DNA of 53,478 bases, counting the filler, from Jimgerdemannia flammicorona (lineage: Eukaryota): assembly GCA_003990765.1 (NCBI GenBank). It is 3 parts of 3 records of this genome, joined end to end, with 100 filler letters (N's around TTAATTAATTAA, not from the genome) between each part and the next. Parts side by side here need not be neighbours in the genome. Positions count along the whole stretch, not along the records: positions 1 to 17,762 come from RBNJ01002419.1; 2 more parts are not named here. One strand, 5' to 3'. Each line of letters begins with the position of its first letter. Position 1 is the stretch's first letter. The translations under genes were made by a program, and so were the position numbers. Positions 1 to 11,960 of the stretch are shown piece after piece. Under the pieces are notes generated by a model. It had not been told where the DNA came from. It did no database searches and saw only the letters and a program-made list of their open reading frames with translations.

Positions 1-545
1 TTTTTTTTTATAGTCACTTAGACTCCTTTATTACTAATAGATTCTATAAAAACAATATACAATTCACTGTGCCATCAATTACAATATCTCAACCCACTAT
101 CCAATCTTCTGAAAGAGACTCCCTCTCACCCTTTTATGATTGAATATCTCTCACTACAACCCTCCCCCCACTCTGCTCATATATTTTTTCTATTAGATGG
201 CAATGATAACCTCCTTACAGACTCCATCCCAGCCACCAACCTATCAAGACATCCTCCATCAACCCTTCCCATCTCAGTAATCACTCACCCAAACTCAACT
301 ACTGCTCTCTTCTCAAAGACAAACAATTAGTATCTAGTCAATCCCACTCATATAGCCAAAACTCACCAAATAGTAAGCCACTCATTCTCCACCCCACCCA
401 CCAATCTATCCTCAACTACTAACCAAAAGTCTTCAAGTATCTTATACTCTCTCAGTCAATATTCTGATATCTGCACAAATTTCCCCTTCTATCTTACATT
501 ATAGTACTTCTTACATTCAAATTATCCTTCTTCTATAAGATGGCC
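1..545 (-). mobile_element. 3' fragment of the G-rich L1/Tx1-type LINE (degenerate, internally deleted)
   Basis: The reverse complement ends GTAATAAAGGAGTCTAAGTGACTAT(A)n, matching the 3' ends at ~8648-8697 and ~17729-17762. The adjacent sequence resembles the ORF2 C-terminal CCHC region. Confidence 0.85.
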
Positions 546-2799
546 TAACAAGCTAGCTATTGTCTAGTAGCTTGATTATATCAGATATAGCAGAGCTTAT
601 GTAGTCTATACCTCATTCTGTATACCATGCTCTTTCTACTATTAGAGAAAAGTAACCATATACTAATGATCAAAAATATATATCTGAAACTCCAATATAT
701 ATATAAGACTATATCTGAGCTAAATAGAATAGCCCCTGCCATCTCAAGTAGAATAATAGATAAAGAAAAACTCCTTTCAAAGTATAGAACAATAAGTAGG
801 ACCTAGTTCTCTCTAATGAGATAAGTAGAGAACTTATATATGAGATGGGAGAAGACCTATAATACTTTACTACTCAATTATATTACCATATCAGCTCTCA
901 GTTTCAGTTGAGTATAGCTAAGATACCTGATCCAGATAGTCTTAGGTCTTCTGATCACTCTTAATAACTGGGATCTAATCTCATAAATCACTAAAAGTAG
1001 CCAAGAGTAATATCTATCACTTAATCACTCTATATTAATTAGAAGATTCTACTGATATAGTATCTACTCTAGCCCTGATAACTATCACTAGTCTGATATC
1101 TAACTAATCTACTGTAATCACTCTTCTACTTATCTATAATGGCTATCTCCTCTCTTATCTTAACTCTATCTAAGAAACAGTTATCTATATTAGAACTATG
1201 CTTACTAAGAAGCTTACTAAAGCTCAGAGAGCTCTACTATAGATACATACTAAGGACTTGTAGATAACCTATACTAGTACTTAATGCTCAAGGTTAGCCA
1301 ACTCTCTATATAATCTATAATATACTAAGATGATATCTTATTAATGACAGCAAAAAGAAAAAGATACTATACCAAAATAAGTATATCTCAAATATAGCCA
1401 GAGATATCAAAAACTATAAAAAAGTAGAAAAGATACCAATCAGATACTGATAAAAGGACAACTAATTACCATTATCTCTCTTCCACTATCTTACAATAGG
1501 TACAGTAAACTAACCCAAGATAGAGGAGATATAAGTTATAGAAAAGAGATTTAGAAGGTTGTCTACTAAACCTTATGACTAGTATACTAGTAGAGATAGA
1601 GATATAATACTATATCTCCTTTGTTCTACCACTATCAGCCTAACTATAGTTCTTCTATCCTCTACTATAGTATACTAGCTCTCTACTCTAGTAACTCTTC
1701 TCTAGCTACTTCTACTACTCCCAGTACCTCCAGCTCTAGCAGCTACTACAAAACTCTTAAAAAGGTCTAGACCAGGCAATAGTTCTTTCTCCAGTAACAT
1801 TCAGATTATATAAACTTTTGGCAATACTCAAGACTTTGTTTTTGGAGAAAAGGTACTAGTAATATGGTAATTGATGAGTATTCCAAGATATGTGCTAGGC
1901 AGGATAGCTCTAGTATATTTGACTAACAGTATGTGGGGAGGAGTCATGGCTTGGGGAGAAGTATGAGGGGCTTGCTGACTAGTGGATATAGAAGGATAGG
2001 AGGCAGTGCTGGTAGATAGAGGATGGAGAGGATGAGCTTCATAAACAAAGTGAAGAGAGGTCAACCAATGATGATGACTGGACTGGAGGGCTGATTGAGA
2101 AAGAGCAAGGAGTCAGTGAAGGCTGGAGGTTCTGGGAAAGTGGCCCATAGAGGCAAGGGCAGTAGGGCTGGGGAGTAATAGCTGGGGGGAGTAAGACTAC
2201 TGATGGCATGGAGACTGCTAATCTGAAAAAAAAATCCAGATATGACTATTGATGGTAGATCTGGTCAGAGAGTGGGCATAAGGCCTGGGGATCTGATAGA
2301 TGGTATGATGGGACTAGTGGTGATACTATTACTCAAGAAGTTGAGGTCAGAATTCACTATCACATTGTGTTTCTGAGGCTTGACAGTAACAGCAAGAATA
2401 ATTCTGAGGCTTCTGGCCCAGAAGGTGAAGGAGGCTACCTCAGTGAAGTTTTTGAAGAGACTGAAAGGGGTAGAGGTTGGCTCTAAGAAGGAGAAGGTAC
2501 TGTTGGAGACTATGGAAAAAGGTGTGGTAGTGGGGGGGATAGCAATTGACCTAGTGCTTATACTAGAACCTCTAGGTGGTGTAGCTAACAGTGCTGAATA
2601 TTCCTATAGTATTAAAGAAAATGGCCAGGGGGTTGATTGTAGAGGCCATTAAGGAGTATGGGGAGATTGTAGTTATTGAGTTCTAAGTCTGAGAAGATAC
2701 CAAATTCAGATAGAGAGGCTTTTCTCCAGTACTATTCAGGTTACACAATCTTTGGAAGGCACTCATGACATCATTTTTTGGAGCAAAGAGACTAACAAC

Positions 2800-4824
2800 A
2801 TGACAACCGATAGGTGAGCTGAGGTGCATACTGGGTAGGGCAGCCCAAGCACTTTTAAATGGCAGCAAGTTGGGAGAGGCCCAGGACTGGGGGGGGGCAT
2901 GAGGGGGCTGCTGGCAGGAGGACAAGGAAGGGGTGGCGGTACTGGTGAAGGACAGGGGTCTGGGAGGGCAAGCTTTGTGGAGACAGTGAAGGGGAGGCAG
3001 CAGGTATCAGGGCTGGAGGGCTGGCTGAGGAGGGGTAAGAAGACTGAGAAGGTGGCAGTGCATGGGGGAGTGGCCCTTGGAAGGGGGGGCAGTGAAGCTG
3101 GAAGAGTAGCAGCTGGGGGGAGTGTGACTGCTGATGGCGATGGGACTGCTAATCTGGAAAAAAATCCAGATATGATGGCTATTGGCAAGGCTGAGCAGCT
3201 GGGGCTTGGAAGACAAGGGGATTTGGTGGATGGCGTGATGGGCCTGGCAGTGGCCCTGTTACTCAAGAAATCGATCTTAGTATTTGTGGTTACACTGTGC
3301 TTCTGGGGCTTAGCAGTGATGGTGAAAATGGTACTGGGGCTTATTGCTAAGCAGGTGGCAGGAGCTGCTTCGGTGAAGTTTCTGAAGGGACTGGAGGGTG
3401 TGGAGGTGGGTTTTGAGGAGGCTGAGCCACTGGAGGAGGCACTAAAGGTTGGGTTGATGGTTGGGGAGGTGTGTGTTCCAATGGTGAGGTGTTTGAAATG
3501 GGATCCGAGGGTGGTCCAACTGCTGGTGAAAGGAGTACCCATGGTGACAGCAATGAAGACAAGAAAGAGAGTTGAGGATGTCATGGCAGAGTATGGAGAG
3601 GTAGTGGATATCAGATTCAGGGTCTGGGAAGGGACCATGCTCAGGACTGGGGATGTAGATGTGAGGATTTGGCTAGCTGGGAAAGAAGCTACTGGGAAGG
3701 CGAGGGACTGGCCTTCAGTGATGGTTTGGGGAGCAATCTTGTGCAAGGTGACAAGGGTGAAAGGAAGTGAAGAGGAGGAAGAGGATTTATTGGAAGCACT
3801 GGAAGAACTGGATGGGACTGTGGAGCAGTGAGCAAAGGCCTCGAAGGCTTTCATGGAGTTGATGTACCTAGAGGTAGTGGATGGAAAGAGGATTCGAGTG
3901 GACAAAGTACAGTGGGAAAGGGCTCAGGGGTGGAAGAGATAGAAGGATCTGCTGGCTAAACTGGAGGGCAGACCACAGAAGGATGTAAGCAAGAAGATGA
4001 GTGCGGAAGGGGCCAAAGCAAGCATCTGGGCTGGCGAGAGGAGTGGGAATGATGGGGTGGAGACAGGGAAGGCAAAAGAGGTGAAGATTATTGACCCATA
4101 TGCTGATGGCACCTTGGAGGTTTGGGATGAGGTCTGGGAGAACTCCCCCACTCCTTCTCCTCTTATCAGGCATGGCCCAGCTTCCAGAAACAAGACTGGG
4201 GAGGATGTGACGATGCTGGGGACCCAGCAGGTGAAATTCAGCATTCTGGAGATAATGAATGGGGGTCAAGTAGTGGCAGCCAGGGAGGAGGAACTGGTGG
4301 ATGTCCCAGAGGTGTAGGATGAGGATGCAAGTGCTGGAGCTGATACTACAATGCTGGACAGAGGGAGGCCAGTGACCCCTGGTGGGAAGGAGGTGGGGAA
4401 CCTACTTTGGATGTGCTGGATGATGAATAATCTGGCAGCAGAAGAGTTGGGGGAGGTGGACTTGTGTGTGATGGGTGACGAGTACTGGGCAAGAATTTTG
4501 CAGGGAGAAGGAGTGGTGATGATACTGAAGGCAGAAATTCTTACAGTATATCTGGAGGAGGAAGGGTATGAGGTGGACAAGGAGCGGGAGGCAGAGATGG
4601 CAGTTATCACTGGGGAGAGGGCTGAGTACTGTTGGAACAAGCATCATGGGTTGCAGCTTTGGCAGGAGACTTGCATTGAGTATAGAGAGGAGTTTGAGGA
4701 GAAGGCTGATGAGGAGATGAATGAGCTATTGGCTGGATTAGAGGCTCAGAGAGCTGAAGAGGAGGAGGTGATGGCAGAATATAATCTGGACATAGCACAG
4801 GAGGAGATGAGCATAAAGTAGTAG
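2800..4824 (+). pseudogene. LINE ORF1 of copy A (in-frame stops)
   Basis: Track ORFs 2899-3831, 3997-4317 and 4351-4821 are collinear with the intact ORF1 at 19441-21471. The stops arise at CGA/CAG/TGG codons. Confidence 0.9.
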
Positions 4825-4854
4825 AGATCGACTGAGAACAAATCATATTTCATT

Positions 4855-7800
4855 ATGAACAGTACAACCAACATTTTTTCTTTGAATGTAAATGGGCTAA
4901 GGGGCATGGTTAGATGTAGGAACATTTTTATTTGGCTGAAGGGATTGGAGGCCAATCTCTTCCTCTTGCAGGATGTCAGGTGTGAGGATGATTCTAATAA
5001 GATGGAATGGACAAAGGAATGGGGTGGCATGGTGATTTGGAATGGCAAGGTTGGGATTCTGGTTCAGAAAGGCAGAGGGGAGATAAGAGATGTGAGGAGC
5101 TGGGGGGAGAGACTGGTCTGGGGTGAGTGGATTTGTGCAGGCTGGGAGCCAGTTACAGTTGGCTCCTGTTACTGCTCTGCCATATGGGGGGAGCATGTAG
5201 ATTAGGTGAAAGGGCTCCAGGAGAGTGGGATCCTTGCTGAGGCTGGGGTGGATATGCTTGAGGGAGATTTCAATATGGTTTGGAATGTACAGTTGGATAG
5301 AACTGATGGAAGATGGGATGCTGAGAGCAGGAGTGGGGGGCTGGCGATGTGGGAGGAAGTCGAAAGACTAGGAGTGCTGATAGATGCTGGTAGGGAGTAC
5401 TGGGGAGACAGGAGGGTATATATACATTGGGCTGGAGGCCTGGGGACAAGGATTGACTGGATTCTGATGGCCAACTGTTGGGGCTGTGATGTTTGGAGGA
5501 TGCTGGAGGTGGAATGGTGTCCATGGTCAGATCACTGGGGCCTTTTAGGACAGGGGTGTTTTGGGGGAAGTAGAGATGGGCCTGGACATTGGCACCTAAA
5601 TTCCTCCTTGTTAGATGATGAGTCCTAGTGGGAGGAGTGGGCTAAAGACATTCAGCTGAAGGTAGAGAACTGGTGGCAGGAAGGGGCCTCAATTGGGTTT
5701 CAGTAGATGAGGATAAAAGAGATGGCCAGGATATACTAGAGTGAGGCTGGCAGAGAGGCTGGGAAGCAGCGAAGGCAGAGAGTGCATTGGGCTTCTACTA
5801 GATTGGCTAGGCTCCTGGAGGAGTGGACAAGACTGACAATAGTGGAGGAAGAAGAGGATTGAAGAATAATGAGGGTGAAGATGGAGGTTGGGGAACTACA
5901 ACAGGTGCTGTGGGAAGAGGAAGAGGTAAGGATGCAAGGCCTGGTGGCACAGCTTCATTGGCAGGGACTGGAGGAAGGGGAGAGGCCTTCCAAGTTTCTC
6001 ACGAGGATACTTAGAGCAAGAAGGGTATAGCAGCAGTGGGAAGGGGTACTTGACTTGGATGGTATACTAGTGCATAGTATACAGGATATCCTTGGAATGC
6101 TGAAGGAGTGATGGAGTGGATTGTGGAGTGAGGAGGAGAGTGGGGTGGATGCTACAGCCATTGACCGAACATTAGAGGATTGGTACCCACCACAAGTTGA
6201 GAGACTAGGTGACCTGGTGATGCCTGTAAAGGAGGATGAGATCTGCCAGGTTCTTGCTGCGACAGCCTCAGGTATGGCACCTGGGGAGGATGGCCTACCC
6301 TGAGACTTCTGGAAGCGAATGGTTGGAGTCCCAGGCATGTTGGGAGAGTTGACAGCACTGTGTGACTTTATATTGCAGTCAGGGAGATGGATGGGGGAGC
6401 AGGATCTTGGGCTGGTGATGCTGCTTTATAAGAACAAAGGAAGGTGAGAGGATTGGAAGAACTGGCAGCTGATAATGTTGCTAGATATGGACAGAAAGTT
6501 GGTGACTAAGGTGGTGGTCACAAGGCTACAGAAGATAGCTCAGCAAATTGTAGGTGTTGAGCAGAGGGGCTTTGTAGGGGGTCAGCTTATTAGAGATGGC
6601 ATATCCTGGGTATATGGAGTTATTGAAGGTGCTAGAGCCTGTGGACTGGATGGGCATCTTGTCTTCTTGGATCAGGAGAAGGCTTATAACTAGGTGTGAC
6701 AAGTCTGGCTGGTGAAAGTATTAGATAGAATTGGGGTTCCAGTCCAATTTCGGTTGGCAATAGTCAGCCTACTAGAAGGGAGTAGGGCTGCACTCATGTG
6801 TAATGGGCATAGAGGGGTAGCATTCCCTCTGGGTAGGGGGGTGCCCCAGGGGGACCCACTGTCCCCCATTTTGTATGCTCTTTCCTTGGAACCTCTAATG
6901 GACAGAATTCGGCAGATAATAGTGGGACTCTCTATCTATGGAATTAGCTAGAAAGTTGGAGCCTTTGCAGATGACATGGTGGTTGGTTTGGGAGTGATTG
7001 CTGATATCGAGGAGCTCAAGAAGACAGTGGAGTGGTATGAGGAGTACTCTGGGGCAAAGCTGAATTGGCACAAGTGTGAAACAATAGTGCTGGGTAACAG
7101 CCTGGTGGGAGGAGAGGTTATTGGAACAATTGTCCCCACTGGTGAGGTGGTGCAGTACTTGGGCATCTATTTGTTGGTCTATGGGTCTGTTCTGCCCAGG
7201 CTGTGGTGGAAGGAGAGGTTATTGGAACAATTGTCCCCACTGGTGAGGCAGTGCAGTACTTGGGCATCTATTTGTCAGTCTATGGGTCTGTTCTGCCCAG
7301 GCTGTGGTGGGAGCAGTGAGTTGGAATTTGGGAGGAGGATCTGTAAGATTGGGGGGGAAGACACTTCTCTCTGGCGGGAAGGATCTTGATTTTGAATGTA
7401 TACTGGCTGCCGAAGCTGTGGTATTTGGCTTATCATCTGGACTTCTCAGCCTGGGTGGTGAAGAGATTGGTGAAGGTAGCCAAGGGATGAATTTGGGCTG
7501 GCAGATGGAGTCAGATCAGTTGGGAGACCTTGTCCCTACTGGTGGTGAGAGGTGGTCTTGGGCTGGTGGACTTTTCCAAATGACTATACTGCTTGAGAGC
7601 ATAGTGGCTTAAGAGAGCGGTGGAGTTGTGTGGAGGGGGTTGGGTTCCCCTGCTGCAGAAGGTCTGGGAGAGGCAGTCATCACTGAGAGGCTCAACTGGT
7701 AATCTTCTCTCATTAGTTGGACTTCAGAACACTGCACAATTGTGATATAAAGGCTTCTGGTGGGAGATAGCAGAGGGGGCACACCACATTGGTATTTGCT

Positions 7801-8612
7801 GGCAAGGGAATGAGGGGGAGAGGGCTTGGGACCCAGTGATGTGGAGATGGGATGGCATTCTACTGGGTGGCATACCTTTACTTAAGTTCGATATTAGTGA
7901 TGAAGTAGAATACCAAAGGGGACCGGGCCAGGATCTGTGGCCTAGTGGTTGGCAAGGAGTTGGAATTGGAGAGGAGTGGAACTGGCATGGTGTTTGGACC
8001 TGGAGTACCACAGTGAAAAAATGGATGCTGCCAAAGTACTGGGTGGTCTGGTGGCACATGCTGAGGAGGAATGTGATGCTCAACTTCTGCTCAGAACACC
8101 TTATCATGGGGGGTTGCTTTGACTGTGAGGAGTGCCATAATGTAGGGTAGGAAGGGAGATTTGTACAGATGTCAGAATATTGGCTAGGAGAGTGTGAGGT
8201 GTTGGGAGACTTTTGGCAGGCCATTGGAGACTGCTTGGGGGTGAGGTATAGGGGAGATGATGTATGGGAGAGGTGGGAGGACCTGAGGGATCGATTGGTA
8301 GGAGGGATAGAGATGGAGTGAATTATCTTAGGCTGGGCATTGGCTATTTGGATTGGGCTGACCAGTCACTGGCTATTTGTTTTTGAGGAGAAGAGGCAAC
8401 AGAGCTTGGGGAGCTGGTTATCATGGTGGCAGTGCCTTATGGAGGACACCTTGACAGACTGGTGGCTTGGTTGGGGGCTACAGGGGGGTCAGAGGTGCTA
8501 CTTGGTAGTGAAAATCTGTGGTCAGAGTGGTGGGAGAGTTGGAGTCATTGGTGAGAGGGTAGTCTTTATTTGTGAAGAGGTGGGGAGGGGCCCCCCTATG
8601 GGGATCAGATAG
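4855..8612 (+). pseudogene. LINE ORF2 of copy A (APE endonuclease, reverse transcriptase, C-terminal CCHC-like region)
   Basis: Motifs NVNGL, GDFN, RIDW, SDH, HWHLNSSLL, APGEDGLP, LDQEKAY, GVPQGDPLSP, FADD and CEEC. Many stops and a 101-bp duplication. Confidence 0.92.
7103..7304 (+). repeat. 101-bp tandem duplication inside ORF2 of copy A
   Basis: GGAGAGGTTATTGGAACAATTGTCCCCACT recurs at 7111 and 7212. TGGTGG microhomology at 7103, 7204 and 7305. Confidence 0.95.
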
Positions 8613-9181
8613 TGGGTGGTGATATTGTATACTTATTCATAGACTGGTAATAAAGATGGAGTCCAAGTGGCTATAAAAAAAGAAAAAAAAAAAAAAAAGA
8701 TACCAAATTCAGAACTGGGGATGTGGACATCAGGGTGTAGCTAACAGATAAGAAGAATATAGGAAAGATGAGGAACTGGCTGACAGTTCTTAAGTGGAGA
8801 CCTGTAGAATATAAGGTCTTGTAAGAGAAAGGGATACTAGAGGAAGAAGAGGACTTGCTGGAGATATTGGAGGACTTGGCTGGAGCCATAGAGAGAAGGA
8901 AATTAGTCTAGAAGGAGTATGTTGTGGAGATTGTCAATGGTAAGAAGATGCAGCTGGATTGGGCAGCCTGGGAGTAGGTATAAGGTGGCAGATTCAAAAG
9001 AATCTGTTGGTGAAGTTGGGAGGAAGGACAGAAGGGGGGACTGCTACTGAAAATGCTGGATCATGAGTGAGTACCTGGGCAGGAGATAAGGGGGTAACTC
9101 CTGAGGTAGCCCAGAGAGAGAGAGGTTGCTCTGAGTTGAGTGTCATTATGGAAGATACAGAGATGGTTGAGGGATATGCAC

Positions 9182-11960
9182 CTTTCTTAGCTACAATTCA
9201 CATTACACACATCTTTACAATACACTTTCAAGTCGTTTATTGGAGAAAGATACTAAGGCAATGGCAAACAGAAAGTAATCTGGAGCATATATTGGGTAGG
9301 GTGGCCCTAGCACATTCGACTAGCAGCAGGTGGGGAGAGGTCCTGGCCTGGGGAGAGGTATGAGGGAGCTGCTGGCAGGAGGTCAAGGAGGAGGAGGAGG
9401 TAGTGATAGAGGACAGGGGTCTGAGAGAGTGAGCTTTATGGAGATGGTGAAGGAGAGACAGCAGACATCAGGGCTGGAGGGATGGCTGAAGAAAGGCAAG
9501 AAGATAGAGAAGACAGCAGTTTTCAGGGGAGTAGCCCTTAGCAGTGAGGGCAGTAGAGCTGGGGAAGTAGTAGCTGGAGTGAGTGTGATGGCTAATGATA
9601 GTAGGACTGCTAATCTGGAAAAAAATTCAGATGTGACTACTGATGGTACAGCTGAGTGGCAGGGGCTCAGAGGGCAGAGAGACTTGGTAGATAGTGTAAT
9701 GGGCCTGGCAGTGGCCCTGTTACTCAAAAAATCAATCTTGGCATTTGCAGTTACACTATGCTTCTAAGACCTAGTGGTGATAGTGAAAATGGTGCTGGGG
9801 CTTATTGCTAAGCAGGTGGCTGGAGCAGCATCAGTAAAGTTTTTGAAGAGACTAGAGAGAGTGGAAGTGGGTTTTGAGGAGGCTGAGCCTTTGGAGGAGG
9901 TGCTGAAGATTGGCCTAACTGTTGGGAAAGTGTGTGTCTCTATGGTATGCTACCTGAGATGAGTTCCTAGAGTAGTACAACTGCTGGTAAAAGGAGTGCC
10001 CATGGTGACAGTAGTGGAGATGAGGAGGAGAGTTGAGGAGGTTATGATGGAGTATAGTAAGGTGGTGGACATTAGCTTCAGGGTTTAGGAAGGGACCTTG
10101 CTCAGAACTGGGGATATAGATGTGTGGATTCAGCTGGCTGAGAAGGAGGCTACTGGGAAGACAAGAGACTGGCCATCAGTGATGGTCTGGGGGGCAATCT
10201 TGTATAAGGCAACAAGGGTGAAGGGGAGTAAGGAGGAGGAAGAAGATTTGTTGGAAGCATTGGAAGAGCTGAGTGGTATGGTAGAGTAGAGGGCAAAGGC
10301 TTGGAAGGCTTTTGAGAAATCAATGTACTTGGAGGTAGTAGACAGGAAGTGGATTTGAATGGATAAGGAGCAGTGGGAAAGAGCTCAGAGATATAAGCAT
10401 CAGAAGGAGCTGTTGGCTAAGCTGAAAGATGGACCTTAGAAGGATGCAGGTGGAATGGTGGAGGTGGGGGGTGCCAAAGTGAGTATCTGGGCTGACAAGG
10501 ATGGTGGGAGTGCAGGGAAGGTGGCAGGGGAGAATAGGGAAGTGACTGACAAGAATCCATATGCTGATGGTATATTTGAGGTCTGGGAGGAGGACTGGGA
10601 GGAATTGCCTACCTCTACTCCTCTTATCAGGTGAGGTCTGGCTTCCCAAAGCAGGGTAGTAGAGGATGTGCCAATGAGAGGGGCCCAGTGAGTGCAGTTT
10701 GGAGTTCCTGAGGTGGCAAATGAGGGACAGGTGGTAGTAGTTGGAGAGGAGGAACTGGTGGATGTCCCAGAGGTGTGGGATGAATCTGCAAGTACAGGGG
10801 CTGACACCATGATGTTGGATGGAGGAAGACTAGTGACTCCTGGGGGGAAGGAGGTGGGGAACCTGCTTTGGATGTGCAGAATGATGAATAACCTAGCAGC
10901 TGAAGAGTTGGGAGAGGTGGACTTGAGAGTAATGAGTAATGAGCATTAGGTGAGGATCCTGTGAGGGGATGGGGTAGAGCTGACATTGAAGGCAGAAATC
11001 CTTGTGGTATATCTGGAGGAGGAAGGGTACAAGATAGATAAGGAGCAGGAGGCTGAGCTAGCAGAGGTTGCTGGTGAGAGGGTTAAATACTGTTGGGACA
11101 AGTGTCATAGATTGTAGCTCTGGCAGGAGGTCTGTCTGGAGTACCATGAGGAGTTTGAGAAGAAGGCAGATGGGGAGATGAATGAGCTATTGGCTGGACT
11201 GGAGGCTCAGAGAACTGAAGAGGAAGAGATGACTGTGAAACATAATCTAGACATAGCATAGAGGTAGATATGGAGCAGTAGGGATAGACTAGATAATATA
11301 CCATATTTCATTATGAATAGTACAACCAATATTTTTTCTTTGAACATGAATGGGTTATAGGGTGCTTCTCGACATAGGAATATTTTTATTTGGCTGAAGA
11401 GATTGAAGGCTGATCTCTTCCTCTTGTAGGATGTTAGGTGCAAGGATTATTTAGATAGGCTGGAATAGATGAAGGAATGGGGAGGTGAGACAGTTTGGAA
11501 GGGTAAGGTTGGAATTCTGATCCAAAAGGGTTGAGAAGAGATACAGGAGATGAGGAGCTGGAGGGAAAGATTGATCTGGGGAGAGTGGATACATATAGGC
11601 TGGGAGCCAATCACAGTGAGCTCTTGTTACTACCCTGCTATGTGGAGTGAACATGTAGATTGGATGAAGGGTCCCAGGAGAGTGGGGTCCTTGCAGAGGC
11701 TGGGGTAGATATGCTTAGTGGTGACTTCAATATGGTCCAGGATATGCAAGTGGATAGAACAGATAGTGGAAGGAGAGCTGAGAATAGAAGTAGAGGGTTG
11801 GCAGTATGGGAGGATGTGGAAAGACTAAGTACTTTGATAGATGCTGGTAGGGAGTATTGGAGAGATAGGAGGGTATACATACACTGGGCAGGGGGTCTGG
11901 AGACAAGGATTGACTAGATGCTGATGGCTAGCTGCTGGGGATTGGATATTTGGACATGAC
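9182..11960 (+). mobile_element. LINE copy C: 5' UTR, ORF1 (9261-11281) and APE part of ORF2 (from 11313), interrupted by copy B
   Basis: 5' motif CTTTCTTAGCTACAATTCACATTACAC. Collinear ORF1/ORF2 remnants stop just after the RID motif, where another 5' motif begins. Confidence 0.9.

Larger units (their letters stand above)
2711..8697 (+). mobile_element. Full-length LINE copy A (L1/Tx1-type, APE-RT), decayed, with target-site duplication
   Basis: 5' motif at ~2720, ORF1 and ORF2 remnants, AATAAA plus poly(A) at ~8674-8697. Flanked by identical AGATACCAAATTCAGA at 2695-2710 and 8698-8713. Confidence 0.95.
1785..9181 (+). mobile_element. Old LINE copy O (5' UTR + ORF1 part), split into 1785-2710 and 8714-9181 by insertion of copy A and cut at 9181 by copy C
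   Basis: Starts with the family 5' motif CTTTCTCCAGTAACATTCAG. ORF1-like translation (LLLKKLRSEFTITLCF, VKFLKRLKGVEVG) resumes after the copy A poly(A) with RTGDVDIRV. Most similar to the ORF1 of copy B. Confidence 0.85.
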
